Assembly (NCBI GenBank): GCA_958009085.1
Contig: OY253680.1
Coordinates: 248,001-312,000, forward strand
Length of the DNA stretch: 64,000 nucleotides
Reading direction: 5' to 3'
From: Protoeuglena noctilucae
Lineage: Eukaryota
In this document: in pieces, positions 51,201-63,540 of the stretch
How positions within the stretch are numbered: the first letter of the stretch is position 1
Layout of the letters: every line of letters begins with the position of its first letter
Notes under the pieces: generated by a model
Databases searched by the model: none
Seen by the model: only the letters and a program-made list of their open reading frames with translations
Told to the model about the DNA's origin: nothing
Translations under genes and position numbers: made by a program

Positions 51201-52186
51201 TGGCTCTCCTCGAATATGTCGCCGCCGTAGGGCCAGGGCAGAGCAGCCGTCGAGGGGCGAGGGGTGGGGCTGCCGGGGCGCGCTGCACCTTGCGGGAGAA
51301 GCGAGGCGTTTGCGGTCACAGCGAGACGTCGACTGGTGTAGGCTAGGGCGCTCTCAAGCGAACAGCGAATGATGACATACCCATTGCGGGCTTTCGCACA
51401 TGAATGACGCGTGGACAGCCGCGCTCACCCGTGGCGTTCCGGGCCTGGTAGCCCGCGGCCCCGCTGAGAGGCCCCGTGACGGTGGGCGGGGACGTCAGGG
51501 CGCTCTGCGCTCCGTTGGCCTTAATGGAGCTCGCCAGCGTCCACGGGAAGGAGCTCTTGGCGGGCGAGGTGCCTGGCGTGAGGTGCGCACCTCGGCCCGC
51601 GGCCCAGCGCTGGGTCAGGGCGGTGGGCGGAGTGCCCGCCCCACGCGCGGCCTCGGACGCCGTGTCGCCCACCTCAGCGCCGACGTGCCCTTGGAAAGGC
51701 CTGGGCTGGGGGCCTGCGGGTCACAGAGCGGGGCGAGGTGGGCGAGGTGGGAGAGGTGAGGGCCCAGCTGGTTGGCGGGTCACATCACGTTTTGTCGTCC
51801 GCACCTGGCGCGCCTCCGCCCACCGCCGGGGCCCAACCCTGGCTGCCGCGCATGTAATCGTGCACCATGCCCGCGTGCGGCGGGGCAGCCGGGACCAGGC
51901 CCGCTCGTGGCCAGGGCACGCCGGGCATCGGCGCCCCGTGCGGCACAGGCTGGGTGGCGCGAGCGGGGCCGCCCGCCGCGACAACCTCCGCAGCCGCTGC
52001 CTCCCCCGCAGTGGGCCGACGGAGGAAGAGCGTCGCCATGGCCGCCGCGTCGAATCCCCCCCGACGTTCTGGCGCAGTGGGTGCGGGGGCCCCTCCGCCG
52101 CGTGGGGTGGACTGGGGCGTCGTCTTCGAGATGGCCAGGTCCTGTAGGCTATGTCCCACGGCGGACATGCACGACGGGGAGTCCAT
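48235..52186 (-). CDS. Double-AP2-domain transcription factor (ANT/WRI1-like lineage); termini uncertain
   Basis: R1: [60 protein letters not shown]. R2: SQYRGVIQHPDAGWEARI...LGFFASE|EAAAHAYDRAAMVYRGPFAVTNFPVTNY. Confidence 0.85.
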
Positions 52187-52658
52187 AGGCGCAGTGATTT
52201 GACCGGAATCGCACAGTGATGTGACCAGTCACGACACCCTCCGCTAGGGCTCCCTGCGGCATCGCGGGACGCTTCGGTACGCACGCAATATACCACTCGA
52301 GCTACTACGTCAGGTTGGGTCAAGATGGGGCTGCTTCGTGTTCGGGTCGCGGAGAACGGGGACCGTCACTCGGCCGGCCGCGTGACGAATTCCCGGCTTG
52401 TGGCAGGCCTCAGCCCATCGGCATCGCAGCCTTCTTGTTGCAACGACGACCGGGCGATGCAAGCAGGCGTCCTGCGCATCTCCCGTGGGCACCCTCACCC
52501 AGCTGTTGGCTCCTCTGAGTTGACGATGACCTCCTTAGCGGTGTTCACACTCGCCGCGATGACTAGGTTTCGCGCAGGGACTGCCGGCGATGCAAGGACG
52601 CGCGGATGCTTTCAGGGTTACCAACAGTCGCGTCGCGTTCTGGCACACCGCGCTCTCA

Positions 52659-53575
52659 CTAGGCCTGCGCTAGTTTGCTGAGCTGCTCCATGCCGTCAAC
52701 GACAAACCGTATCTGGGCACGCAGCGAGGCGATCCTCTCCGTATGTCGCTGACACGCAGCCTCCAGACCCCGCTGCAGGCGCACGGACGGCAGGGCTACT
52801 GGTGACATCGATCCAGAGCGTCGCGGCTATGCCCCGGAGCAGTTCCTCGACCCCATGGCCTCACCTGCCTCCCCGCAATCAGCCCCAGCGCCTCGTCCAG
52901 GGTCACCCCCACCCAATAGCCGAGACCAGCCTCCACATAGATGATGCTGGCATCAGGGACGTGTGCCTTGGCTCGCACCCCATGGCCCAGGTCCACCAGG
53001 GTGTCCAGGGAGGCCAGGTTCTGCATCGCGTGTGGAGGCTTGAGCATGGCGACTGCTGTCTAATGAAAAGTCCCCCCGCTTCCCCCATGACCCCTCTACT
53101 ACTCAGTCCAACCCTCTTCCCGGTCTCAAGCCAGCAAGGGACGTCACCCTGGATGTGCTCCTGCAGAAGGTTGTTCTTCTTCTGCAAGAACACATCCTTA
53201 GCGACGCTCTCTGCCGGCTCCACGACAGCGCCGTCGATGAGTGCAAGGCCATAGGACCCCTCTCACCCCTCGCCTGCTCCTTCACCAGCCGGATGCTCCT
53301 CGCCAGCTCTTCGTACTCCTTTGCGTCCCTCAACACAGCCTCCCGCGCCCGCACCAAGTGCTCCACGTCCCTCTGCAAGCCCAACGACGAGCTCGGCGAG
53401 TTTTCCCTCGATGTCTCGAGGCCCCCATCCTGTCGTGGTGCCCTGGCCAGCGCTGGCCTCGCGTCCTCGCCTTCAGCTTGTCGTTCACAAAGCTCTGGTA
53501 CCGCTCCACCTGGCTAGCGGACAGACTGGAGGGCCTCGCGGGCGCGCTCGTGGACGCCCCGTCGTTCGGGTCCAT
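52659..53575 (-). CDS. UXT: Prefoldin-alpha-like protein UXT, 4 exons
   Basis: VERYQSFVNDKLK|RDVEHLVRAREAVLRDAKEYEELARSIRLVKEQ|NLASLDTLVDLGHGVRAKAHVPDASIIYVEAGLGYWVGVTLDEALGLI; two of three introns need GC donors. Confidence 0.9.
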
Positions 53576-54348
53576 CGCCCCATTTTCAATCACTCCCCGC
53601 ATCGCAGCTGGACACCCGGGACTCTCGGCCCACGAGCAGCCGAGCCCGGAAAGACGGACTGGCATGTCGCCGCTGTCATGAGGGTCTGGCGTGTGCGAGC
53701 GGTGTCCTTGTCGCCCCTTCCGCCCCCCCAGCTGGCCATTCGTCATCTTGCTCGAGTACATCGCTCGCACGTAGCGTCCACCACTCTTCTAGAGCTCTCC
53801 CAGCGCTCCTCCAGCATGCACGCCGCGACGTTCGTGGGGGCCGCGATCCCCGCCGCACGTGAGTGTCGCTCCCTTTGATCTCCTGCGAGTTTCTTCGCCC
53901 TCCGCCTCGCCGTCGCTTCCCTCGGATCGCGCGCCCGCCCCGTTGGGATTCGTTGGGCCTCGCGGCGGGGTATAGGCCCCCGCGAAAGGCCCGAAGTTGC
54001 GCGTTTTTCATCTTTGTCGCGGTCGGATCCCCTCCCGGCAGCCCCGGGATCCCCGGGCGGCCGCGCGGTCGTGCCGTTGACATCCCACCGGGGGCGCAGC
54101 CCGCGGCGCGTCTGCCGCGCGCCAGGGCCCCTCTCGAGGCGTCCCTGGGACCGTGGGATCCGTTCCGCAAGCTCGGCGGCGTGATCGGCCAGTATCTCGA
54201 TCCCGGGGCGCGCCGGGCTCGAGCAGGCCGAACCCCCCATCTGTCTCGTCTCGTGCGGCCCGCGCCGTGGTCCCCTCGCCCGCCTCGCGCGCGTGCGCCG
54301 TTTCCGTGCTTCGTCTCCGCTCGGCGCTGCACCCTCGCGCCCGCGGGG

Positions 54349-56267
54349 ATGCGCGCTCCGGCCGCCCTCGTCCCAACGACCTGTCGTGCGGCCTCTCCCC
54401 GCGCCGGGGGCGGGATCTGGGCGTTTCGGCGACGACAGGGTGTCCTCTCGACGCCGGCGTCACGCGGCGCCGGGCCTGGGGTGCTGCCGCGGCGGCTTCC
54501 GGGACGACCGAGGCCGCAAGGTGGCCGGGAGCGACGCCGGGCCCCGCCCCCGTCCGCGCGGGACGCGCTTTCCGAGCTCTTTAGTTCCCGTAGATCCCAG
54601 ATACTCGGCCGCATCGGCCATGTAGCCCGGGGGGACGCCGGGGGAGTGCCCGGCGCTGGCGGGCCTTTTCCGGGCGTCGAGCGGCGCCGCCCCGCCCCGC
54701 CGTCGCTCCCGCCGACCGCCTGTTGCCGTTCTCGAAGGGGGAGCCCGTCGCTGCGATGCCGGACGGCCTGCTCAATCCGGGGTCGACGCTTATTGTTGCC
54801 CTTGACCCCGCCCTCAGGCCCGGCCGCGGCCCGCCGCCTCGTCGCCGCGGACGCGCTCAAGATGACGTGCAAGAAGCACGTCAACTTCGGCGAGTGCCTC
54901 AAGATCGTGGGCAGCGACGCCGGGATCGGTGCGTTCCGCAGAATTCAAACTGGGCCCCAGGTCGGGGGCGGGCCGCCCCGCGCGCGCCGCGCCACTCCTC
55001 CCACCGCCCCGTCTCCCGCCCCTCCGCAGGCTCGTGGGAGCCCGCGTCGGCCCCCTCGATGGAGTGGAGCGAGGGCGACACGTGGACCATCACCGTCGAC
55101 GTGGCGGCCGGCACCGAGTTCAAGCTCGTCCGCTGCAGCAAGGCCGGGGCCATCGAGTGGGAGGGCGGCGCCAACCGCATCGTCCCCAGCGACGCCTCCA
55201 CCCTGACCCTCGAGTTCGGCGTCGTGGAGGTGGGGCCACAGGCGACGCGCAGCCTCACCTCCGCACCTCCCCACCTCGCCTCGCACTCAAACCCGCACCC
55301 CGGCCACCCGCAGGCCGCCCCCAAGGCCGAGGCCCCCGCGCCCGCCCCCGTGGCCGAGGCCCCCAAGCCGGTCGCCGCTGAGACCCCCAAGGCGGCCCCG
55401 GAGACGCCCGTCCCCGCGCCCGTGATGGCCGAGGCTTCCAAGCCGGTGGAGGCCGCCAAGCCCATTGAGACGCCCAAGCCCGTCGAGACGCCCAAGCCCG
55501 TGGAGGCCGCGAAGCCCGTGGAGACGCCCAAGCCCGAGCCCGTGAAGGCAAAGAAGGAGGCCGAGGCCGTCAAGGTAGATGCCCCCGCTGCCAAGAAGGT
55601 GATGGGATGGTCGACGCTTTTGAGTTGCGTCGAGAGCCGTTGGTGACGGACGCGACACTTTGAGGGGTCGCGGCGATGAGGGATGGTTGGGGCACGGGGT
55701 GTGCGAGGGCGCGTGTTGCGCGAGGGATTTCCCTGGTGATGGGTGCCGGGGAGGTCTCCGCCCCTCCCCTTGCGCTCTCCCGTCTTTCCTATTGATGTTG
55801 TACATGGAAGAAAGCGGGTCGCCCGGTGTGACTTGCCGTGACTCACCCGGGCGTCTCCGTCGTGCGTCTCTGCAGGCCGCGGAGGTGGCGGAGAAGGTCG
55901 TGGAGGAGGCGAAGAAGGAGTCGCCCCGCGAGGAGAAGGAGAAGAAGTCCGCGTTCGCCGCCAAGAAGGAGGAGACCGAGGAGGTGAGGGGCAAAGTAGA
56001 GTCGTGGCGTGCGGCGCTGGGAGCTAGCGCAGCATAGCAGGCTCAGGCGAGGGGTGGTGCCGCCCCATACGGGTAGCCTAGTAAGCAGGCGAGGTCATCT
56101 AGTATCCATCACACGAGTCTCGACCACAGCAGCCACCATTTCTGTTTCTGGGCTGGAGCGCATTGAGTGCGCCCCGCCCACGTCCGCACCCCACCCCACG
56201 CCGGCTGCAGAAGAAGGTCATGGGCGGCGGCTTCTTCAGCAGCGTGCTGCGGAGCAAGGACGACTGA
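54349..56267 (+). CDS. CBM20 starch-binding protein with Pro/Ala/Lys/Glu-rich repetitive tail; probably plastid-targeted; start uncertain
   Basis: KHVNFGECLKIVGSDAGIG|SWEPASAPSMEWSEGDTWT...EFKLV...EWEGGANR is CBM20-like. Last exon 56211-56267 (KKVMGGGFFSSVLRSKDD*) has strong codon bias. Confidence 0.85.
55440..55535 (+). repeat. 18-nt coding tandem repeat (KPVETP/KPVEAA, five copies plus a partial)
   Basis: AAGCC(C/G)GTGGAG(ACGCCC/GCCGCC)-type units. Confidence 0.85.
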
Positions 56268-56714
56268 GATGGGTGCCGCCAGCACCCGTCCGTGCGTCCT
56301 GGGCCGCTGGGCGGTGCCATGTCCCAACCCCATGCGTCGCCTCCCTGCCTCAACTCCCCTGCTGCCCAGCGCGACCCATGCGCGCCCCTGTGTGCCATGT
56401 GACACTCTACGCGTGTGCCAACGCACCGCCATGTCTAGCAAACTCCCGGTGCCTTGAAACACCCTCCCTACTCCCACACCGTACCGTATCTGACGATGTC
56501 GGCTAATATGGCACACAGACGCGTCCCATAGAGCAGCCATTTCTTGCAGGCAACGAGGACGGTGCCTCATTCTCACCGCGCCGTGATGCAAGAGACCCTT
56601 GCGAAGTGCCGAGTCGTCGCAGGCAGACGGAACGAGGACCGCGACTGCGTCCTTGCGTGGCCATGCGTCTTCTGCTGCCGCAACGCAAGCACCCTGCGAG
56701 TCGCAGGCCACGCC

Positions 56715-59700
56715 ATGGACCATTCCTTTGCCTGCCGTCTCGCTCACGACCCCTGCTCCATTGCAGTCCCTGACACTGCCGCATCTTGCTGCCACAACTG
56801 CACCCAGCGTTCTCTCGCCCAGGTCGTGGCATCTCAATCGCAGGCCCGCGCGCCCAAGGCCCCCAGCGGGGTGGTGGAGGTATCTGACGGGCCGAACAAC
56901 AACAAGAAAAGCACGCGGAAAACGCGGTTAAAGGCAAAGAGCGCCTCTCCACCAGCCCAGGTGCTTGCAGCTGACACCTCACACGGCACGCATTGGCACG
57001 CGCATGTACATGCCTGGGTGGGGGGCGAGTGGGACTGCAGGGTTTGTTTTGCAACTCAAAGCACTGGACATGCTTGGATGTGGATACATTGCCAGCATGT
57101 GCACAAAATGGTGCGACTATGCTGTCTTCTGCTCACTGGTGAAGCACATTGCATCCTCTTGCCGTGTGCACCCGCAGCCGCCGGCCCCTGCCTCCTCACC
57201 GCCTGCTGAGGCTCCAGTTCAAACCCCAGCCCAGGTCCCAGCATCTGTGGTCGCCGACCCTGCCTCATCACCGGCCTTGGAGGGGCCACCCCAAACCCCA
57301 TCCCAGACGATGCCATCCCAGGCCCCAGCATCTGCGGTTGCCGACCCTGCCTCATCACCGTCCTTGGAGGGGCCACCCCAGACCCCAGCCCAGGCCCCAG
57401 CCCAGACGCCATCCCAGGCCCCCGCATCTGTGGTGGGGCCGGCAGCAGAGAGGGCCCCTGAGGCCTCTCCTGAGATGCAGCACACGGCCTCGATGCTGGG
57501 GCAGGCGCTGTTCGTCCAGCCACACGGGGGCAAGGAGGTGAGGAGGGGTGGAAGGGGGTGGCATAGTTGATTGGCCATTGATTGTGTAATGGGATTTTTT
57601 ATTACAGTTGCTGGCTTGCTCTGTGCATCTTGACTCGATCAACTTTCACTCAGGGTGGCGCTGTGTGTCTGTGCAGGCGGGGTTGAGTGGCGTTGAGCGT
57701 GAGGGCGGCCAGGGACCAGAGCAGGGAGAGGGAGAGGTGCCAGGGCGGGAGGTGGAGGACGAGCGAGAGGTCGGGTTTGGCGGGAAGGGGGTGGAGGTCG
57801 AGTCGCGGGCACCGCACCAGCACTCGGCACAGGATGAGGGCTGGACGGCGCCGGTGGCCACGGTGGGGGAGGATCTGGCGACACGACATGGTGCCACCGA
57901 CACCACGGACACGGACCGTCGCGAGGGTGGGGAAGGAGAGCGCGTGGGGGCTGAGGAGGGTGTTAAGGGGCGTGCGGGTGGGGGCAGTGCGGGGGAGGGT
58001 GTGGAGCAGCATGTGGGTGCGGAAGGGGCTGTCAAGGAGGGTGAGGGGCGCAAGGATGCAGATGCCACTGCCGAGGGGCGCGTGGGTCCGGGTCACTTGT
58101 ACCCTGGGGAGGTGTGGGTCGGGAGGTCGGAGCCTGAATCAGCGGGGGATGTTCCTGGGGACTTCGAGACGGCGGGTGAGCGTGGGGTGGGCGACCGCAT
58201 TGTCATCCAGGCGGCGGTGGACGCCGGGCTGAGTCGGGGAGAGGCGGAGGCGCTGCTGTTGGGCCCTGAGGGTGTGGAGGAGCGTGAGAGGGACGGCGAG
58301 GACGACGGCAGTAAGGAGGGGGATGAGGAGGGGCATGCGAGTGGTGGTGTTGGTGATGGTGGGGAGAGCGACGTGTCACTTGAGGGAGAAGGGGGTGTGA
58401 AGCTCGAGGGCGGGGTGGGCGCGAGTGCAGCAGGTGGTGGTGGTTCGGCGGGTGGGGGTGGCGGTGACGAGCGGGGTGGAGAGTCGGAGGCAGCGGTGGG
58501 CGAGGCTGAGGATGGGGAGAAGGGCGAGGGCGGCGGTGGGGACGAGGCTGAGGAGGAGAGGGAGGCGACGATGGATGCCAAGCGCAGGTGAGAGGGAACC
58601 GGGGTTGAGCTTCTGCCACAGGCTTGTGGTGGCTGCGATGGCGGTGGGCATGCTTGGCTGAGCTACTGCACCAGACCTATGGTGGCTGCGATGGCGACGC
58701 GCGTGCTTGTTGACGGCACGAAGCATGGCACATCTCTTCCCCACACGACCCCCGCAGAGTCACCAAGGGCCTCTCTCGCCTGGCGGGCATCGGCGCCGTG
58801 TCGCTCCTCTCCGCGGCCCTGCTCTCAACCGCTGACCCCATCCAGCTCCTCCTCGACACGCTCTCCCGCGTGCCAGGGATCCCGCCGTCAGCCCACGCCA
58901 GGGAGACCGCCACAGCGCCCCTGGAATCACCCCCTCCGTCGGCCCCGGCTGACCCCTTCACGCGACCCCCGCCCAAGAGCCCCGTGCAGCCACCAACGCC
59001 GCGCCTGCCGGGGCGCGACGGCGGCAAGGACCGGACGCCACCGGACCCGGAGCCAAGCCCGCCGAAGCTTCGACCTGCGGGCGACGGCGGTGGCGGTGGC
59101 GGGGACGACGGTGGTGGCGACATGGCTCCTGTCGTGACCCCAGTTCCTGCGAGCGGTGGGGTCCCAGTCACAGCGAGCGATGCTGCCACAGGTGCAGCGA
59201 TGGATGCGTTCTTACTCACAGCGAGCGACGGGGCCACAGTCACTGCGAGCGATGCCGCTTCTGCGGACTCCATCACGCTGCCCCCCATGCCAGCCCCTCT
59301 CCCGCTCCCGACCAAGCCGGCGATGGCACCGGCCCTGCCGGTCCACACCGGCGCCGAGGAGATCTCCGAGCATCTGGCGAGCGTCTGGAGGGCATACCCA
59401 CCCGCAGAGGCGGGTCCAGGCCTGGGTGGCACGTGGCAGGGTGGCGGTGGCGCGAGGGACGCGGCGCACGTCCCTGGGCCTGGCGCGCCCGGCCGGCGCG
59501 TGGAGCGTGAGCCGCGGGCGCAGCGTCGCGCGCGGACGCTCCGCTCGCCGCTCTGCGCTGTCGGATCGCGGCCTGTGGCGCTGGCCGAGCCCTGGGGCGA
59601 CGGGCACAGCGGCGGGGTATGCCCCAAGCCCAGGTGCTTCTCCCGTGGGCCCGAGCCGCTGAGGGCGGGGCCGGGGAGGCCGGAGATCACCGAGCAGGTG

Positions 59701-59885
59701 TGATGTGGTTGGCGGTTGCGGTGATGGGGCTGCTTTGTCACGCAATGCAGTGAACAGAGTACACGTGGTTTGTGGGTGACTGACCTTGTGATGTGCTGAA
59801 CTGGAACTGCTGGCTGCAGGTGTGGCAGCTGCTGGAGGAGGTGCCATTTGGGGATGGCGGAGTGCGCGGCGATGTGTTGCACTGA
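56715..59885 (+). CDS. Hypothetical low-complexity protein (Pro-rich repeats, Gly/Glu-rich region, one hydrophobic segment)
   Basis: Phase-consistent exons ~57178-57537, 57677-58587, ~58759-59697 and 59820-59885; hydrophobic LAGIGAVSLLSAALLSTA; no recognised domain; start guessed. Confidence 0.5.
57220..57435 (+). repeat. Coding tandem repeat (QAPASxVADPASSPxLEGPPQTP, two copies plus a partial)
   Basis: GCCGACCCTGCCTCATCACCG(G/T)CCTTGGAGGGGCCACCCCA at ~57253 and ~57340. Confidence 0.85.
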
Positions 59886-60230
59886 TGTCCCTGACATCTG
59901 TCTGAAAGCGGGGGATGGCAAACTCTTACTTAGCCCTGTACAGAGTCTGACTAGTTGCGGAGGTATTCCTGGCTGGTAGGGCTCTGGTCTTTCCGCTATG
60001 GCTCACAGCACCGGCACACGCGCGCAACGGCTTTGGTTTGAAGCATCTCGGCTGCAGCTTGCTCACCAAGCAACTAAATGCCTGTAGACGGCGCTTAAGC
60101 GCCACTGGGAACATCCCAAGCTCTTGATTCAACAAACACAAATCGTCTTAGCGCATGCGCCAAATGCCTGCCCCGATGTCTGTCGCCGCACCCTCCCTGT
60201 GAGCAGGACTGGGATAGGTGTCCCTCCCTT

Positions 60231-61332
60231 TCACTGACCATCTCCATGTCTCCCTGCTCCTTTCGTCACCCCCGCGTCCCCCTGGGCCCATCCCGGGGGC
60301 AACCCCAGTTTCTGTCGCACCTCCTCTGCCCGTGACCACCCCATGAGGTCCGCGGGCGTCAGGTTAATGTCCCCGTCGACCCTGAGAGGAGCAGTAAACG
60401 TGCGTGTGAGAGAGTCATGGGAGAAGAAGGCGATTATGGCAACGCTTGTGTCATTAGTTGGTACGGCGAGCGATGCGCACAGCCGCGTAAGCTTTGGCCC
60501 TCACGAGATTCGAACCGATTGCTCCCCCTTCTCCCGCAGGAAGTCCTCAGCCGACCCTGGCTCACCAAACCACCCGAGCCTGTGGGCCAGGGGAGTAGGG
60601 AGCTGTGCACAGTGCACAGGGGCACGCCAGCACCAATCCAGGCGAGTGACTGCCATGCTATCCCGAGATAAGCAGCACCACCCGTGCACCACCCGGATGC
60701 CGCATCTATGTCGTACATCGCAGTGGTACCCGGAACAGTTAGACTCGCCGGTCGGCGATGACGTGCTGCTTCTGGCACCCGGGGCACGTGGCGATGACGA
60801 CCCCCCGCTCGAATGCAATGCGGCTCATGGTCTTGACCGAGCGTGTGTCGCACACCGCGCATGTAAACACCATGACCATGTCTGCGTGGACGGGCGCCGC
60901 GGCATATCGGGTCCGCTTAGAGACCAAGAACGCGCCGCACCGACTTATGCGGCCCGTCACGCTGCCATCCTCGCCTCTCCCATCTCCTGGCTTCCTGGGT
61001 TGCGCCTCCTCCTTTGTTGTCGCCTCCACGGCACCGGAATCGCTACTGAAGGGCGCCACCCGGCATGGCGGGCGCGAGGGATGCACAGAGGCACCTTGGG
61101 CACCCCGCCAGGCCGCGCCGGAGACGCTCGAGACCCCCCTGGACCTACCGCAGTTGGCGCAGGCGTTGGATGTGCAGGTGCATCTCATGCGCGGGCGGAA
61201 CTCGAGCCCGCAGCTGCTCGCAATCGGTCGCGCATGGAAAAGCCACCCAGCGGCGTCTCGACGGGGTCCCGCCTCGGTCCCCATCGCCTCCAGTGCAACG
61301 CTAGCACGAAGTAGAAGGCGTCGCGCAGACAT
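60231..61332 (-). CDS. DNLZ: DNL-type zinc-finger Hsp70 escort protein (HEP1/Zim17/Tim15 family) with organellar presequence
   Basis: MVMVFTCAVCDTRSVKTMSRIAFERGVVIATCPGCQKQHVIADR|LGWFGEPGSAEDFLREKGE. Confidence 0.92.
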
Positions 61333-61741
61333 GGCTACGCTAAGCCACCCTGTCCGTGTCTCGGTGGCAGCCAGGGTCTGGGATGCAGCTAGTGCTATCA
61401 CTCTGGACCCCGACACAGTCTAACATGCCTTTCGAGAGTGCAGTCGCAGAACAGCCAGGGACCAGCATGATGCCCCCGCCTCGCCGTGCCAGTGTCCACC
61501 GGCCGTCAGAGCCGTGCTGCTCCCGAAAGCCCTGCCGCTGCCATCACGTGCGCCACAAGCAAAAAAAAAAAAAAAGCATCTGTTTGGTTTCGCGGTAACA
61601 CTGGCTCCCCAATCCGTACGAAAGACACGAGCGGCGAGGACATACTGCGTCGTGACCTACCCGGCCCCCTCCTCTCCTCTGCGGGCCACCTCGCCGGAAG
61701 TTTCACTGCCCATTGCGTTACGGAAAGGACAGATAGCCAGG

Positions 61742-63540
61742 ATGACTGCCGAGCCGCCGCTCAAGGCGACCCCGGAGCTTTTGGGGGTGAACCAGGGGTG
61801 AGACGCCACGCGGCCAGCAGCGGCCCGCGTGGGAACGCGTACGCTCCACAGCGTCGTGCGCCGTATTCTTCCCTTTAATATGGTGCTGCACAGCTTGCCC
61901 GCCATGCGTTTACTCCCCCAGCGCAGCCGGCGTTCCAGCCCGTCGTGGCGGTGCCGGCCCTGTCCGCGCGCGTGCCTCCTCCGCGGGGCCACACTCACCC
62001 GCCCGCCCCTCTCCACTCCTCCGTAGTGCGCGTCATGAGGGGCAGCTCGTCCTCGACTTGGGCAATCTGATGGCGTTCGACCCGGCCCCCGTCGATGTCC
62101 AGGCTTTGCGAGAGGACCCAGACGCTTTCCTCCACAGCCTCACCACCTCCATCACCCAGGTCAGCTCTCTCTCTGACAGATTTCGACCCCGCACACCCGC
62201 GCTCCTTGCATACGCTTTGATTGGAGATCGAGGGCTTGCCGGCTGTGGATGCCCGGTGCGCCTGCAGTGCCCGACGCTCTCTCGCCTCTTCCCGCGCGCA
62301 GTCCCTGTTCCACGAAGTGTTCGCGCTTCCGAGCGAGCCGGTGGACGTTGGCATGGGCCGCATGGCGACGCTGCCCGCCCCGACCACGCCGTTGCCACGC
62401 GAGCTGCCGCTCCCCAAGCCCCGGCCCCCGACCAAGTGGGAGAAGTTCGCGCAGATGAAGGGCATTCAGAAGCGCAAGCGGTCCAAGCTCGTGCTCGACG
62501 AGAACTCTGGGGAGTATAAGCGCCGGCACGGGTACAAGCGAGCGGGACACCTGGCGGACATCGCGGTCATCGACGCCAAGCCGACGGACAAGCCCGGGTT
62601 TGATCCCTTCGCGGAGATGGAGAAGGAGAAGCGCGAGAGGCTCAAGAAGAACGTGAAGCAGCAGCACGCGAACCTCAAGGTTAGCGCACAGCGGCACGCG
62701 TGGCGGATGTATGATGGCGCCGGGCGTGGTCGGGGGTGATGGCGCGGGGGCTCTGGGGAACTTGGGAGCCGAACACATGCAACACAACTGCGCTCTCCTT
62801 TCTCCTCGCTTTGCAGAGGACGGCGAAGGAGGCGGGGAAGGCGGCGCTTCCCGCCGCGGTCCGGCTGACGGCGGGGGCGCTGGCGGAGGAGGGGAGGGGC
62901 AAGCGCACAAAGCGCAAGGAGCTGGCCCCGGAGATCGCGTCCGCGTCGTTGCAGGCGGGGGTGAGCACGGCATCGATGGGGAAGTTCGACCGACGCCTGC
63001 GGGGCGAGAAGGAGGGCGAGCGGCAGCACAAGGCCGTGGTGTCGAAGCGGCGCAAGTTCCTGCCCGTGTCCGACCGGACGGGAGCGGAGCGGAAGGCGGT
63101 GGCGGGGGTGGTGGGGCGCATCGTGCGGGAGCGGGCGGACGACATCCTCGACATCGACCGGGCGGTGGGGCGTGTCGAGCAGGCGGCGCGGCATGCCAGG
63201 ACAGACGAGAAGCTGCGAGGGGCCCGGGAGGGCGGGGCGGGCAAGGTGAGGGCCTTTGCTCGTTTGCTGGGTGTTTGGGGCTGCAAGGGTGCTGCCGGTC
63301 GCTGCGCGGGGGGCTGTGCCAAGTGAGCTCTTTCCGCCGCCGCAGAAGGGGAAGCGCGCCAAGGGCAGTGCCAAGGGCAGTGCCAACGGGACCGTCAAGG
63401 GGGCCACGGGGGTCAAGGGGGGGAAGGTGAAGAAGGGGGGTGCGAAGAAGGCGGGCGGTGGTGGGCCTGGGAAGGCCAAGCCGGGCGGGAAGGGCGTCAA
63501 GAGTGTCAAGGGTCGCGCAGGCGGCAAGGGACGCAAGTGA
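61742..63540 (+). CDS. RRS1: Ribosome biogenesis regulatory protein RRS1
   Basis: DLGNLMAFD; LPAPTTPLPRELPLPKPRPPTKWEKFAQMKGIQKRKRSKLVLDE...YKRRHGYK; STASMGKFD; Lys/Gly-rich tail. Confidence 0.96.
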
